Shown here in pieces: positions 12,901-25,351 of a DNA stretch of 64,000 bases. Position numbers and translations under genes: made by a program. Each line of letters starts with the position of its first letter. The stretch's first letter is position 1. Source of the DNA: Macrostomum hystrix (lineage: Eukaryota; Animalia; Platyhelminthes). The stretch lies in contig CATNEN010000038.1 of the NCBI GenBank assembly GCA_950097015.1, positions 10,354,001 through 10,418,000 of the forward strand, read 5' to 3'. The notes under the pieces are model-generated. The model worked only from the letters and a program-made list of their open reading frames with translations. It searched no databases and was not told the origin of the DNA.

Positions 12901-15900
12901 GGCGAAGCGCAGCCATGGAGCCTGCTCCGATATTGACCTGGGCCGCGCCTACAGCCTGCGGATTCAACACCTGTACTACAAGTTCGATCAGGACTGGGCT
13001 AAGCGAGTGCTGCAAGCCGGTGGACTGGTGAGTACTGTTTGTGTCATTGTGCTTTCTATGAGTTGGACTGAAATCAGCTGTCATTTTGTGCCATTTTAAA
13101 GTTTTGGTGCACGACTTTCAAATTTGGTGTCATTCTGTGCCATTTTGCCATCCTCAGCTGAATGCCGCGGATGTGACCGAGTCAGCGGCCATGCGCGAGA
13201 TGGACCGCATGTGCCAGCTCATCTATCAGGGCAATCAGCAGCGCGAGCGAACCCGGGCCATCCTGTATCACACCTACTTCTTGGCTCTGCATGATCAGTG
13301 GTTTCGAGCTCGCGACCTCATGCTAATGAGCAATCTGCAGCAGAACATTGAGCACTCGGACATTGCTACGCAGATTCTGTACAATCGGGCCATGGTGCAG
13401 CTGGGCCTATGCGCATTTCGCAAGGGTCAACTGAAGGACGCGCACATGGCCCTGGTGGACATTCAGAGCAGCGGACGGGCCAAGGAGCTACTAGCCCAGG
13501 GTGTCATTCCCGCCAGGTTTGAGCGCACACCTGAGCAGGAGAAGCTGGAGAAGCGGCGTCAGATGCCCTACCACATGCACATCAACCTGGAGCTGCTTGA
13601 GTGCGTCTATCTAGTCAGCGCCATGCTGATGGAGATTCCGTCAATAGCCGCGCACGAGAATGACCAGCGCCGGCGCATGATTTCTAAGAATTTTCATCAC
13701 GTACTCAAGATTAACGAGCGCAACACGGTCAACGGTCCACCCGAATCGATGCGCGAACACGTTGTCGCGGCTTCCAAAGCTATGCGACAGGGAAAATGGC
13801 AGGAGACTCTGGCCTACATAATTAACGAGAAAATGAACGCCAAGGTATGCTGTCGTTTGTATTACTGTTTTTAGCTCGTAATTTGATGCGCGCTTTAGCC
13901 TACTTGTTAGTAGAATATTCAAAAATCAAAATAATTCCTTTAGAAACAGATAGTATTTTCGCAGACAGCGTCTAGCTCACTTCTAGCTCACGTCGCACAA
14001 TGTACTTTTATATATTGCTCACTTTTGCTAACGCCAATTCATTGGTAACAACTCGCCGATATGTAGCGAAATATGTATTTTATGTACAATTTTTAATCTG
14101 TTTCTGTCACTCCCCTTCGCTCAGGTGTGGAATCTGTTCTTCCAATCTGACCACGTCAAGACTATGCTGGAGGGAAAAATCAAAGAGGAATCTATGCGCA
14201 CCTATTTATTCACCTTTGCCTCCATCTATGACACTCTGAGCATGAGCTGCCTAGCTGAACAGTTTCAACTGGAGCCTAGCCAGGTGCACTCCGTAGTTAG
14301 CCGCATGATTCTGCATGATGAGATTTCCGCTAGCCTGGATGAGCCAACCAGGTGCATTGTGATGCACAAGACTGAGCCAACCAGACTGCAGCAGCTGGCC
14401 CTACAGCTCACTGAACGGCTCTCCAGCCTCGTGGACATGAATGAGAAGATTGCCGAGACTAAGAACATCAGCATCACATCATCTGGGCCGCGTGAGTTGC
14501 GAGACATCCTGTTCTTTATGTCTGGTTCCCTGAACCTTCAGACTTCAGTGGTCTCTCCCGGATCTCAGAACCTTCAGGCTTCAGTGGTCTATCCCTGATG
14601 CCTGAACCTTCAGGCGTCAGTGGTCTATCCCTGATCCCAGAACCTTCAAGCGCCAGTTGTCTATCCCTGATCCCTGAACCTTCAAGCGCCAGTTGTCTAT
14701 TCCTGATCCCAGAACCTTCAAGCTTCAGTGGTCTTCCCTGATGCCTGAACTTTCTAGCTTCAGTGGTCTCTCACTGATGCCTGAACCTTCTAGCTTCAGT
14801 GGTCTCTCACTGATGCCTGAACCTTCTAGCTTCAGTGGTCTCTCACTGATGCCTGAACCTTCTAGCTTCAGTGGTCTCTCACTGATGCCTGAACCTTCTA
14901 GCTTCAGTGGTCTCTCACTGATCCCAGAACCTTCTAGCTTCAATGGTCTCTCCCTGATCCCTGAACCTTCCGGCGTCAGTGGTCTTCCCTGATGCCTGAA
15001 CTTTCTAGCTTCAGTGGTCTCTCACTGATGCCTGAACCTTCAGGCGTCAGTGGTCTCTCCCGGATGCCTGAACCTTCAGGCGTCAGTGGTCTCTCCCGGA
15101 TGCCTGAACCTTCAGGCTTCAGTGGTCTCTCCCGGATGCCTGAACCTTCAAGCGTCAGTGGTCTCTCCCGGATCTCAGAACCTTCAGGCTTCAGTGGTCT
15201 TCCCTGATGCCTGAACTTTCTAGCTTCAGTGGTCTCTCACTGATGCCTGAACCTTCAAGCGTCAGTGGTCTTCCCTGATGCCTGAACTTTCTAGCTTCAG
15301 TGGTCTCTCACTGATGCCTGAACCTTCAGGCGTCAGTGGTCTCTCCCGGATCTCAGAACCTTCAGGCTTCAGTGGTCTTCCCTGATGCCTGAACTTTCTA
15401 GCTTCAGTGGTCTCTCACTGATGCCTGAACCTTCAAGCGTCAGTGGTCTTCCCTGATGCCTGAACTTTCTAGCTTCAGTGGTCTCTCACTGATGCCTGAA
15501 CCTTCAGGCGTCAGTGGTCTCTCCCGGATCTCAGAACCTTCAGGCTTCAGTGGTCTTCCCTGATGCCTGAACTTTCTAGCTTCAGTGGTCTCTCACTGAT
15601 GCCTGAACCTTCAAGCGTCAGTGGTCTTCCCTGATGCCTGAACTTTCTAGCTTCAGTGGTCTCTCACTGATGCCTGAACCTTCAGGCGTCAGTGGTCTCT
15701 CCCGGATCTCAGAACCTTCAGGCTTCAGTGGTCTTCCCTGATGCCTGAACTTTCTAGCTTCAGTGGTCTCTCACTGATCCCTGAACCTTCAGGCTTCATT
15801 GGTCTCTCCCTGATCCTGAATCGAGATCAAGGCATCGCTTCAGTTCACCCAGCTGTTAAATGGATACCAGCATTTTAGCTGGGGTAGTTAAGGGTGGGTG

Positions 15901-17108
15901 TGGCGTCCCCCCCGTCCATGGACTGAACAGCCGCGAAATAGCTGCGGCTGTCTGTCGACTGTACGTCTGGCCTGATTTGGGCAGGTGTAGTCAATTGTTA
16001 TTATTTAAATAATTGCACCCATCTAATAATGCAATATATTCAATCATTTTTAGGTCAATTCCAGGGCCAGCAGCAAGCGAACCGCGGGCAGTATGCTGGT
16101 AAGTCAACTGTAACAATAATGTTCTTCGCCCTTGCAATGCTCGCTAGTAGATATAATAAGTTTTGGAATTAAATGCGCTGTATGATTAGTCATTCCTAAC
16201 AAAAATGTCTAATTATAATTTATAGTTGATCAATTGATTTTATAAAGAGTTCCTCAGAGCTATTGTGCCAGCAACTGTTGAAACAGAAGCTCCTCGTCTT
16301 CTCTGAGCATTAAAAAAATACAAAAACAAGCTACTAGAGCACACTATTACTCTGCATATCTCTGATATGGCCATTAAAATTCCCATGTTGGGTAAGGCGG
16401 GATTATTTCTGCCTCTCTCTCTCTATTGCCTTTCCTGCCCGGTCACCCGCCTCTGTAATTGTTAGGACAACAGTTAATTAAAGCAATTTAATTCAAACAT
16501 TTAAACTGCCGTCCTGTTTAATTACGCTTATTTAAACATGACAGGACTTTAATAACTTATTAGAAGCATTAGCATATTAAAATAATTTGTAACTTAGTGG
16601 CTAGCGCGTCGGACTCAAGACTTAAAGGTCTGAGGTTCGGTTCCAAAACTCCACTGGATAGTTAAAAAAAATTATAATTGCAGGCACACCATTTGGTGAC
16701 ACCAGACCCGCAGCCAGCGAGTAGGCAATTCTGCCCATTTCGCTGACTCCTGAGCACACACGCACTCAGATACTGTACGCAGGCATACGCTCACACAGGT
16801 GTGTACATCTGCCCTGACTTTCTCATCGTCAGGCAGTGTACACTCTCACTGTGCCTTGGAGGTTGGCCCTCAAGGGCGTAAATTGCGCGACAAGCCCCCA
16901 AGCCTTCTCTCCGCGGCTGCGCCCCAAATAAATGTGGCCTCTCCGCGGAATCGAGCTTAGGGACCTTAATGCGAGAGGTCCATAGGCTGAACAGTCGTAC
17001 GCAGCCTTGTTATAATAAGCTTCCTGTTTAATAAATTAGTAAAATAAAAACATTATTTCAGACCGACGCCAGGTCCGCTTCCAGGGCCAACGAGAGAGGA
17101 ACTATTAA
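9983..17108 (+). CDS. EIF3C: Eukaryotic translation initiation factor 3 subunit C, ~921 aa. Exons 9983-10485, 10639-10969, 11867-12175, 12551-13027, 13158-13844, 14125-14491, 16054-16098, 17062-17108
   Basis: Characteristic motifs MSKFF..., [70 protein letters not shown] and a C-terminal PCI region. All introns GT-AG with compatible phases (2766 nt total). AATAAA at 17342. Confidence 0.95.
11040..11782. repeat. Intronic minisatellite, 30-bp unit shifting to 33-bp unit (eIF3c intron 2)
   Basis: cttcatcggctccccgcagcccat... repeats; explains the repetitive ORFs at 10908-11807 and 11035-11787. Confidence 0.95.
12258..12505. repeat. Intronic 25-bp minisatellite (eIF3c intron 3)
   Basis: tatgaccttcatgtctgaca(t/g)gtt-type units alternating as a 50-bp dimer. 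Confidence 0.9.
14525..15815. repeat. Intronic 36-bp minisatellite (eIF3c intron 6)
   Basis: cctgaaccttctagcttcagtggtctctcactgatg and 35-bp variants, with higher-order blocks. Confidence 0.95.
15828..16003 (+). mobile_element. SINE family A, 3' half
   Basis: gcttcagttcacccagctgttaaatggatacc...ggcgtccccccgtccatggactgaacagc matches the 7880-8210 copy. Confidence 0.8.
16672..16980 (-). mobile_element. SINE family B, 5'-truncated; abuts a family A head at ~16594-16660
   Basis: High similarity to 27750-28109. Confidence 0.8.
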
Positions 17109-17502
17109 GAGAAGCTAGCAAGACTCCTGTCAGATTGACGAAGAACTTTGTTAACCACCGAGTGAATCAGTTTGAGCAGATCTTGAGAATAGGCTACCGG
17201 TAGTTTGAACCTTACTGACATTGCGGTGTATGTGTGTGTGTACGGGCTGATGTGTTTCTCGTCATTCGTGTCCCATTTTTTGTTTTGCTGTTTTATGCAG
17301 TTGATTGATTGTTAGCTTAAAATTCCCAATTAAAAGATGGAAATAAACAAACAAAAATGCACCTTGGCCCACCAGACCGAAGTCTCATTTGGGCTTGATG
17401 ACAGAAAAAAACGGAGATAAGTTTGTTAAAATAATTTTTTTACTGTTTTAAAGTTAGAATTTATGGTCATTTAAAGGTTTACCCTTCATGAATTGCATCT
17501 AG

Positions 17503-18110
17503 CTTGTGAGATGTGTATCTATCTTGTGGGATGTGTATCTATCTTGTGGGATGTGTATCTATCTTTTGAGATGTGTATCTATCTTTTGAGATGTGTATCT
17601 ATCTTTTGAGATGTGTATCTATCTTGTGGGATGTGTATCTATCTTGTGGGATGTGTATCTATCTTGTGGGATGTGTATCTATCTTGTGAGATGTGTATCT
17701 ATCTTGTGAGATGTGTATCTATCTTGTGGGATGTGTATCTATCTTGTGGGATGTGTATCTATCTTGTGAGATGTGTATCTATCTTGTGAGATGTGTATCT
17801 ATCTTGTGGGATGTGTATCTATCTTGTGAGATGTGTATCTATCTTGTGAGATGTGTATCTATCTTGTGAGATGTGTATCTATCTTGTGGGATGTGTATCT
17901 ATCTTGTGGGATGTGTATCTATCTTGTGGGATGTGTATCTATCTTGTGGGATGTGTATCTATCTTGTGGGATGTGTATCTATCTTGTGAGATGTGTATCT
18001 ATCTTGTGGGATGTGTATCTATCTTGTGAGATGTGTATCTATCTTGTGGGATGTGTATCTATCTTGTGGGATGTGTATCTATCTTGTGGGATGTGTATCT
18101 ATCTTGTGGG
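17503..18110. repeat. 20-bp minisatellite (~30 copies) between convergent eIF3c and GPCR 3' ends
   Basis: atgtgtatctatcttgtg(g/a)g in exact 20-bp register. Confidence 0.97.
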
Positions 18111-18186
18111 TATCTTCATGCTAACAATGTAGAAATAGATGAAAAAATGCGCAAAACAAGTCGCAGAATTTCAACAGTCTAATTAG

Positions 18187-19895
18187 TCAGGCCTCAGCAT
18201 CAGCAGCTCGTTGATGAAGAATCGCGCACTGCGCCAACACCGGTGTCTCGGGACTCCTGGCAGTGAACAGCAGCTCAGCGGGGTGGTACAACTGGAATGC
18301 TGGCTGTCGGTTGCCAGGGAAGTGCCGAGTTCGGTGACGGCAGCAGCAGCCGCAGCGTTTCAGTCGGGCAAGGGCTCGGCGCCCGCAGCAGATTAACGCG
18401 GCCCGGTAGCGTCGGTTGGCGCACGCGCAGACGACTCCGTTGATGGAGAAGTGCAGCAGGTAGAGCGCCTGGCCGCAGCGTCTGGCCAGCAGGGCGGACA
18501 GAACCCACGGCTGGCTGGCGTCCACCGGCAGGAGGGCGCTGAATAGAGAGGCCGCACTGTTAGGCAGGTTGAGCAGCAGGTATGCCAGGGACACGCATAC
18601 CAGCATGCGGGTGACCTGCCTGCTCTGACGCAGTCGGTCGGCTACGTCAGCGGCGCAATTCCCGCTGGCCAGGGTGGCAGCTGGAGAGCAGCTGGAAATC
18701 AAGGAATTCTGGGATTTAAGAATAGGCTGTGTGGATTCTAGGTAGGGTGTGGGGATTAGGCAGTGGGGATTCTAGTTAGGCAGTGGGGATTGTAGGTAGG
18801 CAGTGGGGATTCTAGTTAGGCAGTGGGATTCTAGTTAGGCAGTGGGATTCTAGTTAGGCAGTGGGATTCTAGTTAGGCAGTGGGGATTCTAGTTAGGCAG
18901 TGGGGATTGTAGGTAGGCAGTGGGGATTCTAGTTAGGCAGTGGGGATTGTAGGTAGGCAGTGGGGATTCTAGTTAGGCAGTGGGGATTCTAGTTAGGCAG
19001 TGGGATTCTAGTTAGGCAGTGGGATTCTAGTAAGGCAGTGGGATTCTAGCTCGTAGTTATGCAGTGTGGAACCAGGAAAGAGCGTTACAGTCAGAGTAAT
19101 TTCGAGTCAGGGGTTGACAGTTCTGACTCTGCATTTAAGTCCCTGATTTCGACTTCATGGTGAGGCCACGGAGAGAGAAAGAAAGCGCTTTGGGATTATT
19201 GTTTATGAAAAACTAACCCAGAGGAGAGGCGCCAGTCACCTGCTATCGCAGCCGGAGCTCCTGGCGGCACGCAGCCTCAGGTAGGCAACACGCACCCGCC
19301 AGCAAATGCAGCCGTTCAGAGCGCTGAGCGCCAGTCCAGGCGCCAGTGCTGTCACTGCGCAGTCCAACAGTGACGCGGCCAGCTCAAAGCCGGTGCGCCT
19401 TGCGCAGTGCATCACCGCGGTTTGGTCGGCGGGGTCTGCTTTGGCTGGCGCCACGTACACCGTGGTGTACAGCACGTGACTGTTGACCACGCCGCAGCCA
19501 ATCAGAAGACTGGCAAGGATTAGCGAGATTCGTCGACTGCCCAGGCCCGGCTTACCGAAGGTGTGCAGGGCGCGGTCAGCGGACACGCACACCAGCAGCC
19601 AGGGGCTCAGCGTTGACAGCGTGCCGTAGGCCAGCTGGCTGGCGAAGCAGCCGAAGCCGCTGCGGATGTGCGCGTCGCTGTAAGCGAAGCCGGCGTAGCT
19701 TATCAGCAGCAGCAGGTCGGTAAGCGACAGGGCGCCCAGGTAATTCGCCAGGTAGTGTCGCCAGACCCGACGCTGGGAGAAGGCCAGCAGGTTGAGCAAA
19801 TTGGCGCCGATGCCGCAGCAGATGATTGAGGGCTCGATTGCGGTCAAAATAGTCAGGATCGGGGCGTAGAAAGCGATCGGACTGCTGGAGTTCAT
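18187..19895 (-). CDS. Divergent class A (rhodopsin-like, peptide-type) GPCR, ~386 aa. Exons 19895-19240, 18691-18187
   Basis: GIGANLLN (TM1), LSLTDLL (TM2), VSADR (DRY variant), RQVTRMLVCVSLAYLLLNLP (TM6), FSINGVV (TM7); phase-2 GT-AG intron joins the two ORFs. Confidence 0.85.
18735..19048. repeat. 19/20-bp intronic minisatellite in GPCR1
   Basis: cagtggggattctagttagg units. Confidence 0.93.
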
Positions 19896-20117
19896 GGCGC
19901 AGTTCCTAGTCTCTCCGCTGTGATCCGGGTAGCGTCCGGCTTGAGTCGGTGAGTAACCAGTGAGCTTTATTTGTTGAGCATAGTACTGCAAATGGCCTTA
20001 TTATAAGCCATGAAGCAATTGTTGTAAATAAGCCAATAAGAAGTCTAACTGCATTTTCTAACCAACTAGCAGCTTTTCTAATCCCTAGCCTCAAGTTTAC
20101 AAAATATATACCAATTT

Positions 20118-20617
20118 GAAAGAGAGGAAGACAGAGGGGTAGAAAGAGAGGAAGACAGAGGGGTAGAAAGAGTGGAAGACAGAGGGGTAGAAAGAGAGGA
20201 AGACAGAGGGTTAGAAAGAGTGGAAGACAGAGGGGTAGAAAGCGAGGAAGACAGAGGGGTAGAAAGAGTGGAAGACAGAGGGGTAGAAAGAGAGGAAGAC
20301 AGAGGGGTAGAAAGAGTGGAAGACAGAGGGGTAGAAAGAGAGGAAGACAGAGGGGTAGAAAGAGAGGAAGACAGAGGGGTAGAAAGAGAGGAAGACAGAG
20401 AGGTAAAAAGAGAGGAAGACAGGGGTAGAAAGAGTGGAAGACAGAGTGGTAGAAAGCGAGGAAGACAGAGGTGTAGAAAGCGAAAACGACAGAGGGGCAG
20501 AAAGAGAGGAAGACAGAGGGGTAGAAAGAGAAGAAGACATAGGGGGTAGAAAGAGTGGAAGACATAGGGGGTAGAAAGAGCGGAAGACAGAGTGGTAGAC
20601 AGAGGAAGACAGAGGGG
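20118..20617. repeat. 30-bp purine-rich minisatellite
   Basis: gaaagagaggaagacagaggggta-type units (period read approximately; ORF translation repeats every 8 aa, so the unit may be 24 bp). Confidence 0.85.
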
Positions 20618-20857
20618 TAAGCATGGCATTTTGACGTTAAAATCGAGCTATAAAAAGAACAAATGTTCTATGCATGGCGAATGCGAATACTGATGCTAAA
20701 TAAAGAATTAGTTCTTCTTGTTAACATAAGTACCATAGAAGTTGGTGTCTTTTCAAGACCGGTTCGCAATTATTCAAAAACATTAAATAACAAGACTGCG
20801 TTTTATAAAGTTTAGATTTTAAAAGTACTTTAACTCTGGTCGGACGCTGGATCTCGC

Positions 20858-22984
20858 ATGGAAACTAATCGGTTGGATCCGGAGAATTTCGGTCACGAGT
20901 CGAGGATCACCTCTAGAACCAGACGCTCCCTGCAGCTGCATCGGGATCTGCTGCAAGCCAGGAGCCTGCTAGGGACCCGGTCTTGTTTCCTCTTTGGCGA
21001 CAGTGAGGCCTGTGCATGAGAGAAGGGCGGAGGGAAGGGGAGAGAAAAGAGAGAAAAATAGCGGAAAGAATAGAGAGAGAAGAGAAGAGAGGAAGGTGGG
21101 AGAGAATGGAAGATAGATAAGGGAAAAGAGAAGGGAGAGAATGGGAGAGAGAGAATGGGAGAAAGAGAAGGGAAGTGAGAAGGGGAGATAATGGGAGAAA
21201 GAGAAGGGAAGTGAGAAGGGAAGAGAGAATTAGAGAAAAAGGGGGGAGAGAATAGGAGAGAGAAGGGGGAGAAATTGGGAGAGAGAATGGGAGAGAGAGA
21301 AGGGAAGAGAGAATTGGAGAAAAAGGGGGGGAGAGAAGGGGGACAGAATGGAAGAAAAAGGGGGACAGAATGGAAGAAAAAGGGGGAGAGAATGGGAGAA
21401 AAAGGGGGAGAGAATGGGAGAAAAAGGGGGAGAGAATGGAAGAGAGAAAGGAAGAGAATGGGAGAGAGAAGGGGGAAAGAATCGGAGAAAAAAGGGGGAG
21501 AGAATAGGAGAAAAAGGGGGGGAGAGAATGGGAGAAAAAGGGGGGAAAGAATCGGAGAAAAAGGGGGGAGAGAATAGGAGAGAGAGAAGGAGGAGAATGG
21601 AGAGACAATGGCGGAGAGTAGATGCAGAAAAGTGAAGGATTGTCGTCCCTTTTGATTGAGTGCTTGAATTCCCTCATGCAACATCGACTACATTAGGCAC
21701 AATTGACACATAATTTAATTATAAAATCTTCTTTTAAATCACTTTTCCTTAAACTCAGATGCCACGGAGACTGATGAGCAGCGACAGGAGTATTTATTGC
21801 AAACTAAAAGCAATTTTGAGAGCAATGTGACCGAAAGTTTTTGTCACACCAGCCAGTTAAACGAGCCCACGACTTTTCTAGAAGGCTCCGGCCGATCTCG
21901 CCAGTGCGCCGAGGATTTGAAAGTGTTCGACTTTGTCGACTCCACCAAGCAGCTGATCCTGAAGGGCTGGAACAGTCGACAGTTTAGGCGACACAAACTA
22001 GCGACCTACAACTGGTCTTACAGGGCGCCACAGCCACTGATGGACAGCAGATACTTCAGCCGCATCGCTGCCAAAGATATCTGCGAGCCTGCCGTCCTGA
22101 CCGCCGCCACCATGAACAGCGGTCAGTGTGCCAGACTGTCAGTGCGTCAGTGTCAGTGTGTCAGTGTCAGTGTGCCAGACTGTCAGTGTGTCAGTGTCAC
22201 TGTGTCAGTGTCAGTGTGTCAGACTGTCAGTGTGTCAGTGTCACTGTGTCAGTGTCACTGTGTCAGTGTCAGTGTGTCAGTGTCAGTGTGTCAGTGTCAG
22301 TGTGCCAGACAGTCCGTGCGTCAGATTGTCAGATTATTAGACTGTCAGTGTGTCAGACTGTCAATGTGTCAGACTGTCAATGTGTCAGACCTTGTCAATG
22401 TGTCAGACTGTCAATGTGTCAGACCTTGTCAATGTGTCAGACTGTCAGTGTTTCAGACTATCAGTGTATCAGACTGTCAGTGTGTCAGACTGTCAATGTG
22501 TCAGACTGTCAGTGTGTCAGACTGTCAATGTGTCAGACCTTGTCAGTGTGTCAGACCTTGTCAATGTGTCAGACTATCAGTGTATCAGACTGTCAGTGTG
22601 TCAGACTGTCAATGTGTCAGACTGTCAATGTGTCAGACTGTCAGTATGTCAGACCTTGTCAATGTGTCAGACCTTGTCAGTGTGTCAGACTGTCAGTGTG
22701 TCAGCTTTTAATTCAGACATCCACCAGGCCAGTATAATAATTGTTTTGAAATCCCAGGTGTCAGCATTTTCACGCCAAAGTATGGCGTCTCGGCCAGGAA
22801 CACAGTGCTAGAGAATTGCGGCATTCTCTTCTTCACCAAAGATATTGGCTTCGACTACAAGCTGACCCTGCGCCACATGCGCGACTCGCACCCTAAGCTG
22901 CTGTCTAGCCGATACTACGTGCCCTTCCTGACCTTCGTGCGTGCTCTGCGACAGAACCGGGTTGAGCGTGACCAGCCAAGGTAG
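20858..22984 (+). CDS. Uncharacterised protein, ~244 aa. Exons 20858-21002, 21759-22121, 22758-22984 (may splice further at 22980)
   Basis: Three GC-rich open segments joined by phase-1 GT-AG introns into one frame ([11 protein letters not shown]...NATETDEQ...[14 protein letters not shown]...RDQPR*). No family recognised. Confidence 0.65.
21018..21605. repeat. AG-rich low-complexity/degenerate tandem repeat (intron)
   Basis: ggagagaatgggagaaaaagggg-like units; nearly pure purine strand. Confidence 0.9.
22122..22704. repeat. tgtcag-based intronic repeat starting at the splice donor
   Basis: (tg)tcag/gactgtca motifs beginning with the GTCAGT donor at 22122. Confidence 0.92.
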
Positions 22985-23086
22985 GCTAGGGTTGTTCGAG
23001 TGTTAGATGCAGGTGTTAGACTGTTATTTACAGGTGTTCGAGTGTTATATTTGGTCTGGTGAAGTGTTGGATTAGGTTATTCGACT

Positions 23087-23380
23087 GTTCTACTAGATAT
23101 GATTTGGTTCTACTAGGTATGATTTGGTTCTACTAGATATGATTTGGTTCTACTAGATATGATTTGGTTCTACTAGGTATGATTTGGTTCTACTAGATAT
23201 GATTTGGTTCTACTAGATATGATTTGGTTCTACTAGATATGATTTGGTTCTACTAGATATGATTTGGTTCTACTAGATATGATTTGGTTCTACTAGATAT
23301 GATTTGGTTCTACTAGATATGATTTGGTTCTACTAGATATGATTTGGTTCTACTAGATATGATTTGGTTCTACTAGATAT
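23087..23380. repeat. 20-bp minisatellite
   Basis: gatttggttctactagatat. Confidence 0.95.
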
Positions 23381-23487
23381 AGAATTTTAGATTTTTAGAT
23401 TTTTGTGTTCGAATGTATTTAACTGTTAGACATTAGTGTTCATTTGACAAAAAGATATGGGTGTTATAGTGTTAGACATGGGAGCTC

Positions 23488-23822
23488 TACTGTTAGATTT
23501 GGGGTTCCACTGTTAGATTTGGGGTTCCACTGTTAGATTTGGGGTTCCACTGTTAGATTTGGGGTTATACTGTTAGATTTTGGGTTATACTGTTAGATTT
23601 GGGGTTCCACTGTTAGATTTGGGGTTCCACTGTTAGATTTGGGGTTATACTGTTAGATTTGGGGTTATACTGTTAGATTTGGGGTTATACTGTTAGATTT
23701 TGGGTTATACTGTTAGATTTGGGGTTCCACTGTTAGATTTGTGGGTTCTACTGTTAGATATGGAGGTTCTACTGTTAGATATGGGGGTTCTACTGTTAGA
23801 TTCGGGTTTTCCAGTGTTAGAC
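23488..23822. repeat. 20-bp minisatellite
   Basis: tgttagatttggggtt(cc/at)ac. Confidence 0.93.
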
Positions 23823-25351
23823 AGTGACTCTTCTGTGCTAGGGACAAGTGTTACATTTAGCATAGGAAATAAAAGCATTCATTTAAGTACGAGGCTCTTA
23901 GATCAGTCAGTCGGAATGCAACTATAGATTATAAATCGACCACCTACCAGGCGAGTCAACACCCGAAACCTGATTCGCGGCACTGGCTGGCTGTTGCTGA
24001 TTATCATGCTGTTGATATTCTTAATATTCATCCTGGAGGAACCGCACAAGTTGTCAAAGCAAGAGCAAAAGAAAAATTTTCTCTTGATCATAATGATAAG
24101 TGCCCCGCTGCTGGCTTTCCTGCTCGGATTCAGCAGCAGCTAACAGTGATCAGTTTGCTAGCGAAATTTCCACGCTAGCTTTGCCCTGGGGAAAAACCAC
24201 GGGGTATTTCTAATACAAACTGCTTACTTCACGATAAATCCCAAACAGAATCACTGATTTTCGTGAAATTCCACCATTTGAATCGACCCCATGGTAATAC
24301 CCAGTGGTATTTCGACTGTTAATCGATTATCGATCAACAAAGACAGACTGTAGTTGCTTTGCATCGGGGAATTTCCCCAAGAGACATTGTTACGGAAGAT
24401 TCCCATTTTAAACGTTTCAAAACTTGTGAAAAAATATATAGAAAACAACAAACAGAGAAGCCATTGCATTTGCCTCTGTGCACTCTGATTAGTGCGAGAC
24501 CGCAACAAGAACGTGAGAAAATTTATTTGTTTAATCAATTTAACAACATTCACTATCTGTACTTACCCCTAATCTCTGTGTTTGTTTACGCTTGTGCGCA
24601 CTCTTATAGTACTTTCTCCTCTCTCCCTCTATCAGTTTAACTTCTGTGCTAACTTTCACTTCTCTTTCCTCTCCCTCTTCTCTGATTGGCTAGCTGCTCG
24701 CCTCTCTTTCCTCACCTCATCCTTTTCAGCTCTTACCCTCTGACCCGTCCTCAATCGTGTTACCCTTCTGCCCCTTCCTTATCTATCGGTTAATGTATTT
24801 GATTCTCGGCCTTGAGGGTTTCTGCTTGCCGTTTTTCGATTCGTTCAGCGCCGTAAAGACTGGCTCTTACTGCGAGTGAAGACTTACGAGTAATTTGTTT
24901 GAAGAAGTCACTACAGTAAATTTAAAGAGCTTTATGCTTTACTGTTGCTTGGCTTGTTAGCAAAACAATTAAAATAATTTTACAAAGGTGGATGAGAAAG
25001 CAAAATATCAAAAAGTACTTGTATAAGAAAAAAGTTACAAATTGTAAGGAAAATAGCAAAAACAATCTATGCAAGACCATTGAGACCGATTTCAAAAAAG
25101 ATTAGTTATTTAATATCGATTAGAATTACAGCAACTTTGTACCGAATCAGAATTTTACCCTGTTTGTGGCCATGGCCATATTCCAACACTGAATTTGTAG
25201 TCTTCAGTAAAGCACAGACTTTTCGGTGATTTGAAATTTCGGAATTATTCGGCGGCAACCATTCTGAATTCGGACCTACACACTGATGCTTTGAGACGAA
25301 AAAAATGAATCAATGCCGAGTTGAAAGCTGCGAGCAGTTACCACACAGGAG

